Positions 15,978 to 25,415 of a stretch of 45,116 nt of DNA are shown piece by piece (the stretch's first letter is position 1; each line of letters starts with the position of its first letter). The notes below the pieces were generated by a model. It searched no databases. It was not told the origin of the DNA and saw only the letters and a program-made list of their open reading frames with translations. Source of the stretch: a bacterium HR33 (GTDB taxonomy: Bacteria > Gemmatimonadota > Gemmatimonadetes > Gemmatimonadales > GWC2-71-9); assembly GCA_945889655.1 (NCBI GenBank), contig CAMDCH010000001.1, positions 1 through 45,116 on the forward strand, given 5' to 3'. A program made the translations under genes and the position numbers.

Positions 15978-16071
15978 CTTCGTGCCCGCCCCTTGATCGA
16001 GCGGTGCACCAATCCACCCTCCTTGCGCCGCACTAGCCTGCGCTCGCAGCTTAAGCGCAACTCCGTTGGGC
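15978..16071 (+). repeat. Solo attC-like site (right two-thirds), 3.4 kb beyond the array
   Basis: cttcgtgcccgcc..caccaatccaccctccttgcgccgcactagcctgcgctcgcagcttaagcgcaactccGTTGGGC. The right arm is near-identical to the array attCs and the R' fits GTTRRRY. No R''/L'' left arm. Confidence 0.65.
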
Positions 16072-16089
16072 CGCACAAACGAGGACTAT

Positions 16090-16482
16090 GTGAACGATCA
16101 GCTCAAGCACTACTCGGACAAGCTCGCATACGAAATCGACTCATGGGACCTCCAGGTGGCTCTCGATGCGGGCGAGACTATCACCGTCATCGACGCGCGG
16201 TCGCCGGACTCCTTTGCGCGTGAGCACATCCCCGGCGCCATTAGCGTTCCGCATCGGACCATGATGGCCGACACCACGCGCCACATCGACAAGGGTGCTC
16301 TTGTTGTCACGTACTGCGACGGCATTGGCTGTAACGGGTCCACCAAGGCGGCGCTCAACATGCTGAAGCTCGGGTTCCGCGTAAAAGAGCTGGCCGGCGG
16401 CCTCGATTGGTGGAAACGAGATGGACATAAGACGCATGGCAGCGTGGGGTCTGACGCAGCGGTGTCTTGCGGCTGCAAGTAG
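16090..16482 (+). CDS. Rhodanese-domain sulfurtransferase
   Basis: GTG at 16090 after gagga. ITVIDARSPDSFAREHIPGAISVP... and an active-site loop context YCDGIGCNGS. Confidence 0.8.
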   Translation: MNDQLKHYSDKLAYEIDSWDLQVALDAGETITVIDARSPDSFAREHIPGAISVPHRTMMADTTRHIDKGALVVTYCDGIGCNGSTKAALNMLKLGFRVKELAGGLDWWKRDGHKTHGSVGSDAAVSCGCK

Positions 16483-16521
16483 GCGTGAACGGTACCTGGG
16501 GCCGGTGGAGGTAGGCTGACG

Positions 16522-16893
16522 ATGAACATCCTGTTGTGGGTCCTGCAGGCCGTCGCCGCGCTCATGTACGGAGCGTCGGGCGTCATGAAGGTCTTCATGT
16601 TCGACAAAATCAGCCAGGAGGTCCCGTCCTTTGGCGCGTTGCCGCGGGAAGCCTGGATGGCCCTCGGCATCCTCGAACTCGTATGCACGGTCGGGCTGAT
16701 CGTCCCCGCTGCTTTCCACTGGAAGCCGACACTCACGGTGGTGGCCGCCACGGTCCTGGCGATCGAGAGCCTCTTGTTCATCTGGGTGCACGTCCAGTAC
16801 CGAGAGATCCCGCCCATCATCGTGAGCGGCGTGCTGGGCCTCATGATGGCGTTCATCGCATATGGTCGGATGGTCCTGAAGCCAATCTCTTGA
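16522..16893 (+). CDS. DoxX-like membrane protein
   Basis: 123 aa with 4 TM helices. MNILLWVLQAVAALMYGASGVMKVF... resembles the DoxX-like family. Confidence 0.6.
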   Translation: MNILLWVLQAVAALMYGASGVMKVFMFDKISQEVPSFGALPREAWMALGILELVCTVGLIVPAAFHWKPTLTVVAATVLAIESLLFIWVHVQYREIPPIIVSGVLGLMMAFIAYGRMVLKPIS

Positions 16894-16924
16894 GGGGATT
16901 TCCGACCCTCCCTCTGGTGCTGTC

Positions 16925-17566
16925 ATGATCCGGACTCCGCGTCGCCCGGAAATCGATGAACACACGATGAAGCTCATCGTTGGGGTAATTGCCCTCTCGC
17001 TGGCCAACCTCACCGCCCTCTTCGCCGGCGACAGCCTTTCCTCGATAAGCGCCTCGTACTATCACACCGGTTGGTCCCAGTCGATCTTCATCGGGTTTCT
17101 CTTTGCCACGGCAGCATTCCTCCTGGCCTACAACGGGAACTCCACTCCGGAGATGATCGCGAGCAAGGTTGCTGCCCTGGCCGCCCTCGGTGTCGCGCTC
17201 TTCCCATGCGGTTGTGACGGGAAGCCGGAGCTTGTCCGACACGTGCATGCCGGCTCTGCTGCTCTCATGTTCATCGTGCTTACCTACTTCTGTTACTGCT
17301 TCTTCCGCCGCGCCTGGGCGAAGAATCACAGTCGCGCCAAGGCTCGCGCCTTCATCTATGGCTCGTGTGGCATCGTCATGATCCTGGCGTTACTTGGCCT
17401 GGTATTGGATGCGCTGGCTGGACAACCCCTGACGCGCATTGATCCCTGGTTCATCTATCACGCTGAGTATGCCAGTCTCACCGCGTTTGGCGTCTCGTGG
17501 CTTACGGCCAGCCGAATGTTGCCGTTCATCACGCGTGAGGACGAACGGATCTCAGTAGCCCCATGA
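16925..17566 (+). CDS. Multi-pass membrane protein, unknown function
   Basis: 213-aa ORF with about 6 hydrophobic helices. The start is uncertain (alternative MKLIVG at 16967). Confidence 0.5.
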   Translation: MIRTPRRPEIDEHTMKLIVGVIALSLANLTALFAGDSLSSISASYYHTGWSQSIFIGFLFATAAFLLAYNGNSTPEMIASKVAALAALGVALFPCGCDGKPELVRHVHAGSAALMFIVLTYFCYCFFRRAWAKNHSRAKARAFIYGSCGIVMILALLGLVLDALAGQPLTRIDPWFIYHAEYASLTAFGVSWLTASRMLPFITREDERISVAP

Positions 17567-17790
17567 GGTGTGACGCCTCGTCGTGACCGCCGCATGGTGG
17601 TTCACCAAAATGTCGCGACTTCACGGAGTGCAGCGATGGTCGTCGGTGAAGTCGCCCGAGGCAGTGCGTTCCACTTCGCGCTCCCAGCGGAGGTCCTGCC
17701 TGAGCCATGAGGCACGTGCGCCACACCGGCGAACGTTTGGGCAGGCCGGGTGTTGCACCCCACTATCGGTACTCCAACCTGGAGGGTGGG

Positions 17791-18060
17791 ATGGGAATCT
17801 TCGACAACATGTTCCGCAAGAAGGAAGAGCGGAAAGCGGACTTTTCTAACGTCAGATCTGGAAGCTCGAGCACGGCACCAGGTGCCACAGCGGCGCCGGC
17901 CTTTCGTTCATATACGGTCGTGAAGGGGGACAGCCTGTCCAAGATCGCCAAGCGGGAATACGGCGACGCGCAACAATGGACCAGGATCTTCGAAGCCAAT
18001 CGGGACATGATCAAGGATCCGGATCTCATCCATCCCGGCCAGATGTTGAGGCTGCCATGA
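17791..18060 (+). CDS. LysM domain protein
   Basis: ATG at 17791 after ggagggtggg. C-terminal LysM: YTVVKGDSLSKIAKREYGDAQQWTRIFEANRDMIKDPDLIHPGQMLRLP. Confidence 0.8.
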   Translation: MGIFDNMFRKKEERKADFSNVRSGSSSTAPGATAAPAFRSYTVVKGDSLSKIAKREYGDAQQWTRIFEANRDMIKDPDLIHPGQMLRLP

Positions 18061-18497
18061 AGATGCTACTGGCACTACTGGCCGTGGCCACCATGATCAG
18101 CGCGTGCAACCGGCGAGAAACGGCAGACGCCGGATCCAGCAGTGCGCGTGAAGGGGAAGCCACGATGGCCGTGATGGCCGTCAAGGACGTGGACCTTGGT
18201 CGCACCCTGAACCCGGACAAGACCATCGGGGACAACACCGGTGAATTCAAGCCGTCAGAGACCGTGTACGCCTCCGTCCAGACGGAAGGCGACGGCGGCG
18301 GAGTCCTGAAGGCGCGCTGGACCTTCCAGGACGGCCAGGTCGTGGACGAGACGACGCAGAATGTTGCGACGTCCGGCCCCGCCAATACCGAGTTTCATGT
18401 GGCGAAGCCCGACGGTTTTCCGGTCGGGAAGTATCGGGTAGAAATCGCACTGAACGGGAATGTGGCTGCATCCAAGGAGTTTGAAGTAAAGCGCTAA
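18057..18497 (+). CDS. Lipoprotein, unknown function
   Basis: ATGA overlap with the LysM gene. MKMLLALLAVATMISAC provides the lipobox. Confidence 0.55.
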   Translation: MKMLLALLAVATMISACNRRETADAGSSSAREGEATMAVMAVKDVDLGRTLNPDKTIGDNTGEFKPSETVYASVQTEGDGGGVLKARWTFQDGQVVDETTQNVATSGPANTEFHVAKPDGFPVGKYRVEIALNGNVAASKEFEVKR

Positions 18498-18515
18498 GAG
18501 AAGAAGCACGCGCGA

Positions 18516-18551
18516 AAAAAGGGCCGTCGGTTGACCGACGGCCCTTTTTCC
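18516..18551. terminator. Bidirectional rho-independent terminator
   Basis: aaaaaa-gggccgtcgg-ttga-ccgacggccc-ttttt lies between convergent genes. Confidence 0.8.
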
Positions 18552-18571
18552 TGGCGCTCGGTGCCGAGACG

Positions 18572-19831
18572 TCAGCTGGTGGGTGGCACGATCTCGACCA
18601 GCCCAAACCGGTTCGAGCTGCTCTGGTGGATGATCAGCTTGCCGTCACGCGTGTGGGTCATGTTTCGGATGATCCCCACTCCCGAGGGAACCGGGAAGCT
18701 CTGGAACTTCTCGGTCTTCGGGTCGAAGCGGAGCAGCACGTCCGGCCGCCGCGAGGACTCGTTGAACCAGATCACGTCGTCCACTATGTCGATCGCGTAC
18801 GGATGCGACAGGGGACCACTCGGCGTGGGCCACTCCTTGACCGCGCCGGTCTTCGGGTCGAGACGGCCGAGACGGCCCTGCGACGAGTTCACGAACCAGA
18901 CGATGTCGTGGCTGTCGATCGCCAGGCGCCGTGCCTGCGTCTTGGGATCCGGGAGCTTGTAGATGCGGAACTCCATCGTCTCCGGGTTCACGCTGGTGAT
19001 CATCGCGCCGTCGACCGTCTGACCGCCCGGCTTGTCCAGCGCCGGCCCGTTGTACGCGATCCACATCGTGCCCTTGGAATCGATGCGCAACCCGTACGGG
19101 TTCGCGCTCGGCGTCGGCACCTCTTTGAGCTGGCCCGTCTTCGGGTTCAGCCGTCCGAACATGCGCGCGCCCTGTGCCGTGAAGTAAAGGTTGCCGTTCG
19201 GGTGCCAGAGCGGCGTGTGCGGGTCGCGCGCCTGAGTTTTGTAGACCTTGACGTCACCCGACTTCGGATCGACCCGGCCTACCGTACCGTTGCCGTTCCC
19301 AGTGAACCAGATGTTGCCGTCCGGGTCCTCGGCGATTCCGTGCGGGCGCGACCCTTCTGGCAGCTTGAATTCCTTCATCTCGCTGGTGGCCTTGTCCCGA
19401 CGACCGACCAGGCTCGCAAACATGCCGGTCCACCAGATCGCGCCGTCCTTTGCCTCGAGCGGATCGCGCACGCGCTGGCCGAGGGTGGGAGCGATCCACT
19501 CCGTGTACCTCACGTTCCAGTTGCCATCAACGAGCGTGGCGCGCCGGGCAGGGACGGGCGGGAAGTTTTTCGCGAGATAGGCGGCGACCGTCCGGGCCTG
19601 GCTGTCCGGCAGCGCGACCATCGAAGCGAAGACGTGGCGCCATCCGGCTTCGTCGTAGCCGGCGGAGCCGTGAATCATGTTGACCCCGTGGCAGCTGGAG
19701 CACGCGGCCTCAACGATCTGCTTGCCTGCTCCATCGGGAAGCGCGCGCTGCTGCTGGCCGCCCTGGGCCGACGCCGAGGCGGCGGCGAGGAGCGCTGCGC
19801 CCGCGATCACGAACGACCGAAGCTTCGACAT
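18572..19831 (-). CDS. Secreted cytochrome c domain plus beta-propeller protein (Vgb/streptogramin-lyase-like repeats)
   Basis: 419 aa. Signal peptide, heme-binding CSSCHG, then repeated ..P.G...D..G..WF.. propeller blades. Confidence 0.65.
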   Translation of the reverse strand: MSKLRSFVIAGAALLAAASASAQGGQQQRALPDGAGKQIVEAACSSCHGVNMIHGSAGYDEAGWRHVFASMVALPDSQARTVAAYLAKNFPPVPARRATLVDGNWNVRYTEWIAPTLGQRVRDPLEAKDGAIWWTGMFASLVGRRDKATSEMKEFKLPEGSRPHGIAEDPDGNIWFTGNGNGTVGRVDPKSGDVKVYKTQARDPHTPLWHPNGNLYFTAQGARMFGRLNPKTGQLKEVPTPSANPYGLRIDSKGTMWIAYNGPALDKPGGQTVDGAMITSVNPETMEFRIYKLPDPKTQARRLAIDSHDIVWFVNSSQGRLGRLDPKTGAVKEWPTPSGPLSHPYAIDIVDDVIWFNESSRRPDVLLRFDPKTEKFQSFPVPSGVGIIRNMTHTRDGKLIIHQSSSNRFGLVEIVPPTS

Positions 19832-19973
19832 TTGCTCTCCTTAGATGGCGTGTTCCCGAGCCAGTGTTCCGGCCGTCCTGAACCTACACCGGCGCTCGGC
19901 AGTCGGTACAGCCGCTGTCGCGCGTTGTCGCGAAAGCCGCAGGGGCAGGGCGCCGAGGGGACACGTTCACCGC

Positions 19974-22409
19974 TCAGTCGTACCGCAACGCTACGATGGG
20001 ATCCACGGCCGTGGCCCGTCGTGCCGGTACCCAGCTCGCCGCAAGCGCCACCGCGGCGATGACCAGCGCCACGCCACCAAAGACCAGCGGGTCCCTGGGA
20101 CTTACCCCGAACATGAGCAACCCGATCAGGCGTGAAAGAGCCAACGCCATTCCCAGCCCGATGACGAGGCCGAACCCGGCCTGCCATGCGCCCTGCCGTA
20201 CCACCAGCCTGATGACGTCCCCGGCGCTCGCGCCCAGGGCCATCCGCACCCCCATCTCCCGCAGGCGCCGGCTCACCGAGAACGCGAGCACGCCGTAGAG
20301 GCCCACCGATGCCATGAAAAGCGCGGCCGCGCCAAACACGATGAACACGGTACCAAACACCCTGAAGAACCAGGTCTCCTCCCGCATCGCGCTCTCCATC
20401 GACCGCACATCGAAAACCGGCAGGTCGGGATCCAGCGCACGCACCAGCTCCCGCAGCGTGGGGGCCAGGCGTATGGGGTCCCCCTCCGTGCGGATGGCGA
20501 TCGCCGCACTGCCGCGGTCCAGCTGCGCGAGCGGGTAGTAGTACCGCGCGAGGTTGCCCTGGCCGGGCTCCAGCCCGCGGACCGCAAGCGTGGGTGCCAC
20601 GCCAACGATGGTGAGCCAAGGCCAGGTGCTGGGCGACTTGATGGATCCACCAGGCCGGATCCGACGGCCGATGGGATCAGCGCCGCGGAAGTACAGGCGC
20701 GAAAACTCCTCGTCCACGATCGCGACGCGAGCGCCCCGTTCGTCATCACTCGCGTTGAAGCCGCGACCATTCAACAAGCGAACGCCAAACGTGTCAAAGA
20801 ATCGCGGCGTGATGGCCGTGGACCCCGCCGTCGGGAAGTCGCGGTCAGTGGCGTAGGCCTCGCCCTCGACCGCGACTCGGCCATCCCCGCTGCCACCGGG
20901 CAGCTCGGTGGTGAGCGCCACACCTCCCGCGCCGGGCATCGTGGTGAGGCGCTCTTCCAGCGTCTGCCAGAATCGTCGGCGGGCGACCGAGTCGGGGTAG
21001 CGCGCGTCTATCAGCGCGACCCGCGCCGTAAGTACCTGCCCGGTCTCAAACGGGAAGTCGTAGGTCTCGATCTTCGTGAGACTCTTGACCATGAGGCCGG
21101 CGCCGACCAGCAGCGCGCAGGAGAAGGCCACCTGGGTCACGACCAGCGCGCGACTGATCCGGCCGCCACTCATGCTGGACGCGCCGCGGCTCTCATCCTT
21201 GAGCGTGGCGCCGAGGTTGGCACGGAGCACGTGGAACGCGGGCGCCGCGCCAGCCGCCAGCGTCGTGAGCACGGTGAGCGCGGCGACGAACGCCAGGACC
21301 ACCGGGTTGAGGTCAAAAATCATGTAGTACGGCTTGCCGACATCCTGGGTCGCGCGGTCGAACAGGGTAATCCCGCCGTACGCGATTGCCGTGCCGATCA
21401 CCGCCCCGGCAAAGGCGAGCAGCCCGGTCTCCACGAAGAACGGCAGCACCACCTCGAACCGGGAGGCGCCGACCGCGGTGCGCACCGCCGCCTCACGAAC
21501 CCGGAGCAATGCGCGGGCGAGCACCAGGTTTGCCACGTTGGCACAGGCGATGAGCAGCACGAGGACCGTCGCCACTAACATCGCGGTGAATACCGTGATG
21601 ACCTCGGTCCCGTTGTCATCCTCGACGAACGTCTGGAAGACGGTGGTAACGCCTTCGTTGGTTGCGGGGTATTCCCGGGCCAGCGCCGCGGCGATGCTCT
21701 TCATGTCAGCGTCGGCCTGGTCCCATGTGATGCCGTCCTTGAGTCGTGCGGCGACCTTGACCTGCGGGCCGCCCTCGCGAGTGGGCGTGTTTCCCCGGAG
21801 GTCACGCTGCGCGGTCCAGAGCAACGACTCCTGGGGAAACAGGAATCCCGGCGGCATCACGCCGAGCACGGTGGCCGCGGTGCCGTCGATATAGACAGAG
21901 CGGCCGACGATGGAGGAGTCGCCGCGGTAGCGCGTACTCCAGAGCCAGTGCGAGAGCATCACGGTGAGCGGCGCCCCGGCCTTCTCGTCATCCGGGCTGA
22001 ATCCCGTTCCCAGGATCGGCCGGACACGAAGGACATCAAAGAGAGTGGAGGAGACGCGCGTTCCCTCGTAACGCTCCGGGCCCAGGCTGTCGCGCAGGGA
22101 GACCGTTCCGCCGCCGGTATAGGATCCCATGCCCTCGAAGGAGTGTTGTCGCTCGCGCCAGTCGTAGTAGTCGTGCTGGTTGGCGGCCATGAAGTCCTGG
22201 TTGCGCGAGGGGTTGGAGCGCTGGATCACCCGCACGCGGTCGGCCTCGGGGATCCCCAGCCCCCGGATCATGACTCCGTAGAAAAGCGAGAAGGTGTTCG
22301 TACAGAGACCGATCCCCAGGGCCAGCGTCACCACCGCGACGAGAGCGGAGCCGGGCTCACGGAGCAACGCGCGGAAGCTGAAGCGGATTTCGCGGGCCAG
22401 AGATTGCAT
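19974..22409 (-). CDS. ADOP-family duplicated MacB/FtsX-type ABC permease (orphan, no adjacent ATPase)
   Basis: 811 aa. N-terminus MQSLAREIRFSFRALLREPGSALVAVVTLALGIG and two MacB_PCD plus FtsX halves, typical of the acidobacterial duplicated orphan permease family. Confidence 0.9.
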   Translation of the reverse strand: MQSLAREIRFSFRALLREPGSALVAVVTLALGIGLCTNTFSLFYGVMIRGLGIPEADRVRVIQRSNPSRNQDFMAANQHDYYDWRERQHSFEGMGSYTGGGTVSLRDSLGPERYEGTRVSSTLFDVLRVRPILGTGFSPDDEKAGAPLTVMLSHWLWSTRYRGDSSIVGRSVYIDGTAATVLGVMPPGFLFPQESLLWTAQRDLRGNTPTREGGPQVKVAARLKDGITWDQADADMKSIAAALAREYPATNEGVTTVFQTFVEDDNGTEVITVFTAMLVATVLVLLIACANVANLVLARALLRVREAAVRTAVGASRFEVVLPFFVETGLLAFAGAVIGTAIAYGGITLFDRATQDVGKPYYMIFDLNPVVLAFVAALTVLTTLAAGAAPAFHVLRANLGATLKDESRGASSMSGGRISRALVVTQVAFSCALLVGAGLMVKSLTKIETYDFPFETGQVLTARVALIDARYPDSVARRRFWQTLEERLTTMPGAGGVALTTELPGGSGDGRVAVEGEAYATDRDFPTAGSTAITPRFFDTFGVRLLNGRGFNASDDERGARVAIVDEEFSRLYFRGADPIGRRIRPGGSIKSPSTWPWLTIVGVAPTLAVRGLEPGQGNLARYYYPLAQLDRGSAAIAIRTEGDPIRLAPTLRELVRALDPDLPVFDVRSMESAMREETWFFRVFGTVFIVFGAAALFMASVGLYGVLAFSVSRRLREMGVRMALGASAGDVIRLVVRQGAWQAGFGLVIGLGMALALSRLIGLLMFGVSPRDPLVFGGVALVIAAVALAASWVPARRATAVDPIVALRYD

Positions 22410-22553
22410 TGGGAATCCGGAAGGGGACGCCGGGGCCTACGTCCAGAGAGAGGATGGGGTTTCACATCCCTTCTTGCGCCCCACCCGCCGGCACTGGCAG
22501 GTTAAGTTCAAACTCCATCAGGCCGCCAGCACACGTCCCGAGGAAACACAATC

Positions 22554-23186
22554 GTGAAGCGCTTTGTCCTGGGCGGGTACTGTGCCCTCGTTACGTTCGC
22601 GCTGACGGTCTGCTCGGGTGACCCATCAGCCAACGATGTCGAGACCTGTACAGGCTACGCGGACTGGAGAGTCTCCGAGTACGTCCTTCCTTACCCAGCT
22701 GGGGCCTCGTTCAAGGTCATCCAGGCGAACTGCTCCCCCGCGGGGAATGGGCATCGCGGCGCGAACAAGTTCGGTTACGACTTCGACATGCCGATTGGGA
22801 CACAGTTTCTCGCCACCCGCGCCGGACGCGTCCTTGCCGTCGAGCAGTCGCATTTCGATGGCGAAGTCGCGGCCACCGGACTGGACAACTACATCGTGAT
22901 TCGGCACGGGGACGGGACCGCGGGATTGTACGGCCACCTCACGCGCAACGGTGCTCTCGTCGGGGTTGGGGACTCGGTGCAGCAGGGAATACCCATCGGG
23001 CGAAGTGGCAACACGGGCAACACCGGCAACATCCCGCACCTGCATTTTTCACTTCAGGCGTGTGATCCGGTGACCGGTGGATCACAGGCGTGCCCAACCG
23101 TGCCGAGCACGTTCAGGAACACGGAGGCGAATCCATCCGGCCTCGTCCTCAACCACAGCTACGTGGCCTTACCGCTTACACCGTGA
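22554..23186 (+). CDS. M23-family metallopeptidase lipoprotein
   Basis: Lipobox LTVCSG. HxxxD-type and HLH motifs: GHRGANKFGYDFDM.., NYIVIRHGDG.., GNTGNTGNIPHLHFSL. Confidence 0.85.
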   Translation: MKRFVLGGYCALVTFALTVCSGDPSANDVETCTGYADWRVSEYVLPYPAGASFKVIQANCSPAGNGHRGANKFGYDFDMPIGTQFLATRAGRVLAVEQSHFDGEVAATGLDNYIVIRHGDGTAGLYGHLTRNGALVGVGDSVQQGIPIGRSGNTGNTGNIPHLHFSLQACDPVTGGSQACPTVPSTFRNTEANPSGLVLNHSYVALPLTP

Positions 23187-23205
23187 GTAAACACGGGAGG
23201 TTGTC

Positions 23206-24000
23206 ATGCGCGGTCTCGGGGTTCTTCTCACTGCGACACTCGCCTGCTGGTCGGCATCCACAGCTGCGGCACAGGCTGTCTTCCTCGAGGACCTGACCTG
23301 GGTCGAAGTTCGCGACGCGATCACCGCGGGGAAGACCACGGTCATCATCCCGACCGGGGGCACCGAGCAGAACGGTCCGCACATGGTGCTCGGTAAACAC
23401 AACTACCTGGTGAAATACAAGGCGGAGCAGATCGCCCGCCAGCTCGGCAATGCCCTCGTCGCGCCGGCGATGGCCTACGTGCCGGAGGGCTCGATTGATC
23501 CTCCGAGCGGGCACATGCGCTTCGCCGGTACGCTCTCGCTGCCGGTCGAGGTCTTTGTCAAAGTCCTGGAACACACGGCTCGCAGCCTGAAACAGCATGG
23601 TTTCACCGATATCTGCCTGATCGGGGACAGCGGTGGAAATCAGACGGGCCAGCAGACCGTGGCGGACTTACTGAATAGGGAGTGGGCGGGGACGAACGTC
23701 CGCGTTCACCACATCACGGCCTATTACCCCGGCAGAGGGGATGACTGGGTCGTGTCGCAGGGCGTCAGCAAGGAGGATGTCGGTTCTCACGCGGGTACGC
23801 ACGATACGTCCAGCCTGTTGTTCCTGAATCCCTCGATGCTTCGTCTCGACCGGATGGGGCCAGGGAAGAGCGGGGATGGCCAGGGGCAGGTTGGGAATCC
23901 CGCCAAGGCGACGGCCGCGTTTGGAAAGCAGATCCTGGCGATGCAGATAGAGGATGCAGTGAAGCAGATCCAGGAACTCAGACTGAGCAGTCGCCGCTAA
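23206..24000 (+). CDS. Creatininase-family amidohydrolase with a signal peptide
   Basis: LTWVEVRDAITAGKTTVIIPTGGTEQNGPHMVLGKHN and ..GDSGGNQ.. match the creatininase family pattern. Confidence 0.8.
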   Translation: MRGLGVLLTATLACWSASTAAAQAVFLEDLTWVEVRDAITAGKTTVIIPTGGTEQNGPHMVLGKHNYLVKYKAEQIARQLGNALVAPAMAYVPEGSIDPPSGHMRFAGTLSLPVEVFVKVLEHTARSLKQHGFTDICLIGDSGGNQTGQQTVADLLNREWAGTNVRVHHITAYYPGRGDDWVVSQGVSKEDVGSHAGTHDTSSLLFLNPSMLRLDRMGPGKSGDGQGQVGNPAKATAAFGKQILAMQIEDAVKQIQELRLSSRR

Positions 24001-24001
24001 G

Positions 24002-24310
24002 ATGTGGATGGAAGTGGCGGTGGTTGCAATAATCTTCGCTGTCGGCAATATCCTCATGGGCCATTGGGAGGCCGAAACTCCCAAGTGGCGCCGGCTCCTC
24101 AAGTTCGTGGTGATCCTCGGCATCACGCTCGGGATCTCCGCGACCGTCGGCAAGTCCTGGGCCTTTCTCTTCCTCGCTCTCCTGGCGCTTTTTGCTGTGA
24201 TCGTTCATGCGTGGTGGCTGCCGCGGAAGGGCATCAACGGGTGGACTGGTGAACCGAAGGAGAAGTACTACGCGATGCGCGGCTGGAAATACCCGCCGGG
24301 CGCTGCGTGA
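24002..24310 (+). CDS. Small 3-TM membrane protein
   Basis: 102-aa hydrophobic ORF immediately downstream of the creatininase gene. Confidence 0.45.
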   Translation: MWMEVAVVAIIFAVGNILMGHWEAETPKWRRLLKFVVILGITLGISATVGKSWAFLFLALLALFAVIVHAWWLPRKGINGWTGEPKEKYYAMRGWKYPPGAA

Positions 24311-24323
24311 AAGGGATCGTTTC

Positions 24324-25025
24324 ATGACCGCGACTCGCTGCCTCAGTCTCTTCGCCGCTTTCGTACTCATGCTGGCCTCGCCGACCGCCGGCGACACCCT
24401 GGTTCGGCCAGGCTTGCATCCGCTCCTCGTGACCTTCACGCCCCCCGACTACGTCGGCGGCGAGCCGATGTTCTCCGAGGAGCCAGCGAGTGTGCGGGGA
24501 ATCGAAGGCGGCACGATACTGATTCGCGGAAGAGGAGACCTGGAAGACGTTACGGCGCTCATGGGCGGCGATACCGTCTTCGCAGAACCGGACGAGATTG
24601 GCTTCAGGATCGTGCTGGAAATGCCGGCCGAGGGGGTTGAGGTCTACGTGGCGGACGGCATGGAAGACCACAACATCACGCTGGACCCTGTCCGTGACTC
24701 GCTGCCGGTCGTGACACTGCTAGAGCCTCAGCGGGACTCGGTGGGGTCGGCACGCGGGAAGGTTCACCTGGTCGCCCAGGTTTCGGATGATCACGGCGTG
24801 ACCGAGGCCTGGTTCGAACTCACCCAGGCGCGCACCGGCCGGGTGGGAAAGCTGTCGGGTCCGAACAGGGGCTCGCCCCAGCGACTGGATGCCTTCCTCA
24901 ACCTTGACAGCCTGAAGCTCAAGCCTGGCGACGTACTCGGCCTGCGCGCCGTGGCCCGGGACCTCGGGCCCGCCGCCCGCGGCCTTGGCGTTTCGGAGAT
25001 ACGAACTTTTCGCGTGGCCCCTTAG
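24324..25025 (+). CDS. Secreted hypothetical protein
   Basis: Start MTATRCLSLFAAFVLMLASPTAGD (signal peptide). No family recognised. Confidence 0.45.
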   Translation: MTATRCLSLFAAFVLMLASPTAGDTLVRPGLHPLLVTFTPPDYVGGEPMFSEEPASVRGIEGGTILIRGRGDLEDVTALMGGDTVFAEPDEIGFRIVLEMPAEGVEVYVADGMEDHNITLDPVRDSLPVVTLLEPQRDSVGSARGKVHLVAQVSDDHGVTEAWFELTQARTGRVGKLSGPNRGSPQRLDAFLNLDSLKLKPGDVLGLRAVARDLGPAARGLGVSEIRTFRVAP

Positions 25026-25043
25026 TGGCCGGAGGTTGTAGCC

Positions 25044-25415
25044 ATGCTGATACCTGATCGCCTGCCCAGCCTGGTGCTTCTCGTCGGATGCTGGGTCCCG
25101 CCCGCGGTGGCTGGTTGGGCCGCGGCCGCGTTCGCCCATCAGCGCACCCCGCGTCTGCGCCCTGTTGCGATGTACGCGATGCTTGCCATCCTGGTGGTTG
25201 CGTGGGCTGCGGCCTGGTTCGTCTTCCAGCTCGATCGGATTCCGCCGTATGTCCCCGGAGCAACAGAAGACCCAAGGTACGCGCCACCGGAGGCCGTCAG
25301 GGGACTCCTGGTCGTGGCGAGCGCACTCGTGCTGCCGGTCAGCGCGCTCGCGTGCTGGCTGGCTTTTCGCAGCCACGGGCGGTCGCTCAGTCGCAGCACT
25401 CCTGCGCGTGCGTAA
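25044..25415 (+). CDS. Membrane protein, unknown function
   Basis: 123 aa with 4 hydrophobic helices. Confidence 0.4.
   Translation: MLIPDRLPSLVLLVGCWVPPAVAGWAAAAFAHQRTPRLRPVAMYAMLAILVVAWAAAWFVFQLDRIPPYVPGATEDPRYAPPEAVRGLLVVASALVLPVSALACWLAFRSHGRSLSRSTPARA

Noticed and set aside
22468-22525. An attC-right-arm-like stretch upstream of the first ADOP permease (cccttcttgcgcc..ggcaggttaagttcaaactccatcaggccgcc).
   Set aside because: It shares only the skeleton of the family. The crossover box reads ATCAGGC rather than GTTRRRY, the stem partner is absent, and identity is low. It is possibly an ancient relic, but it cannot be supported without a covariance-model score.
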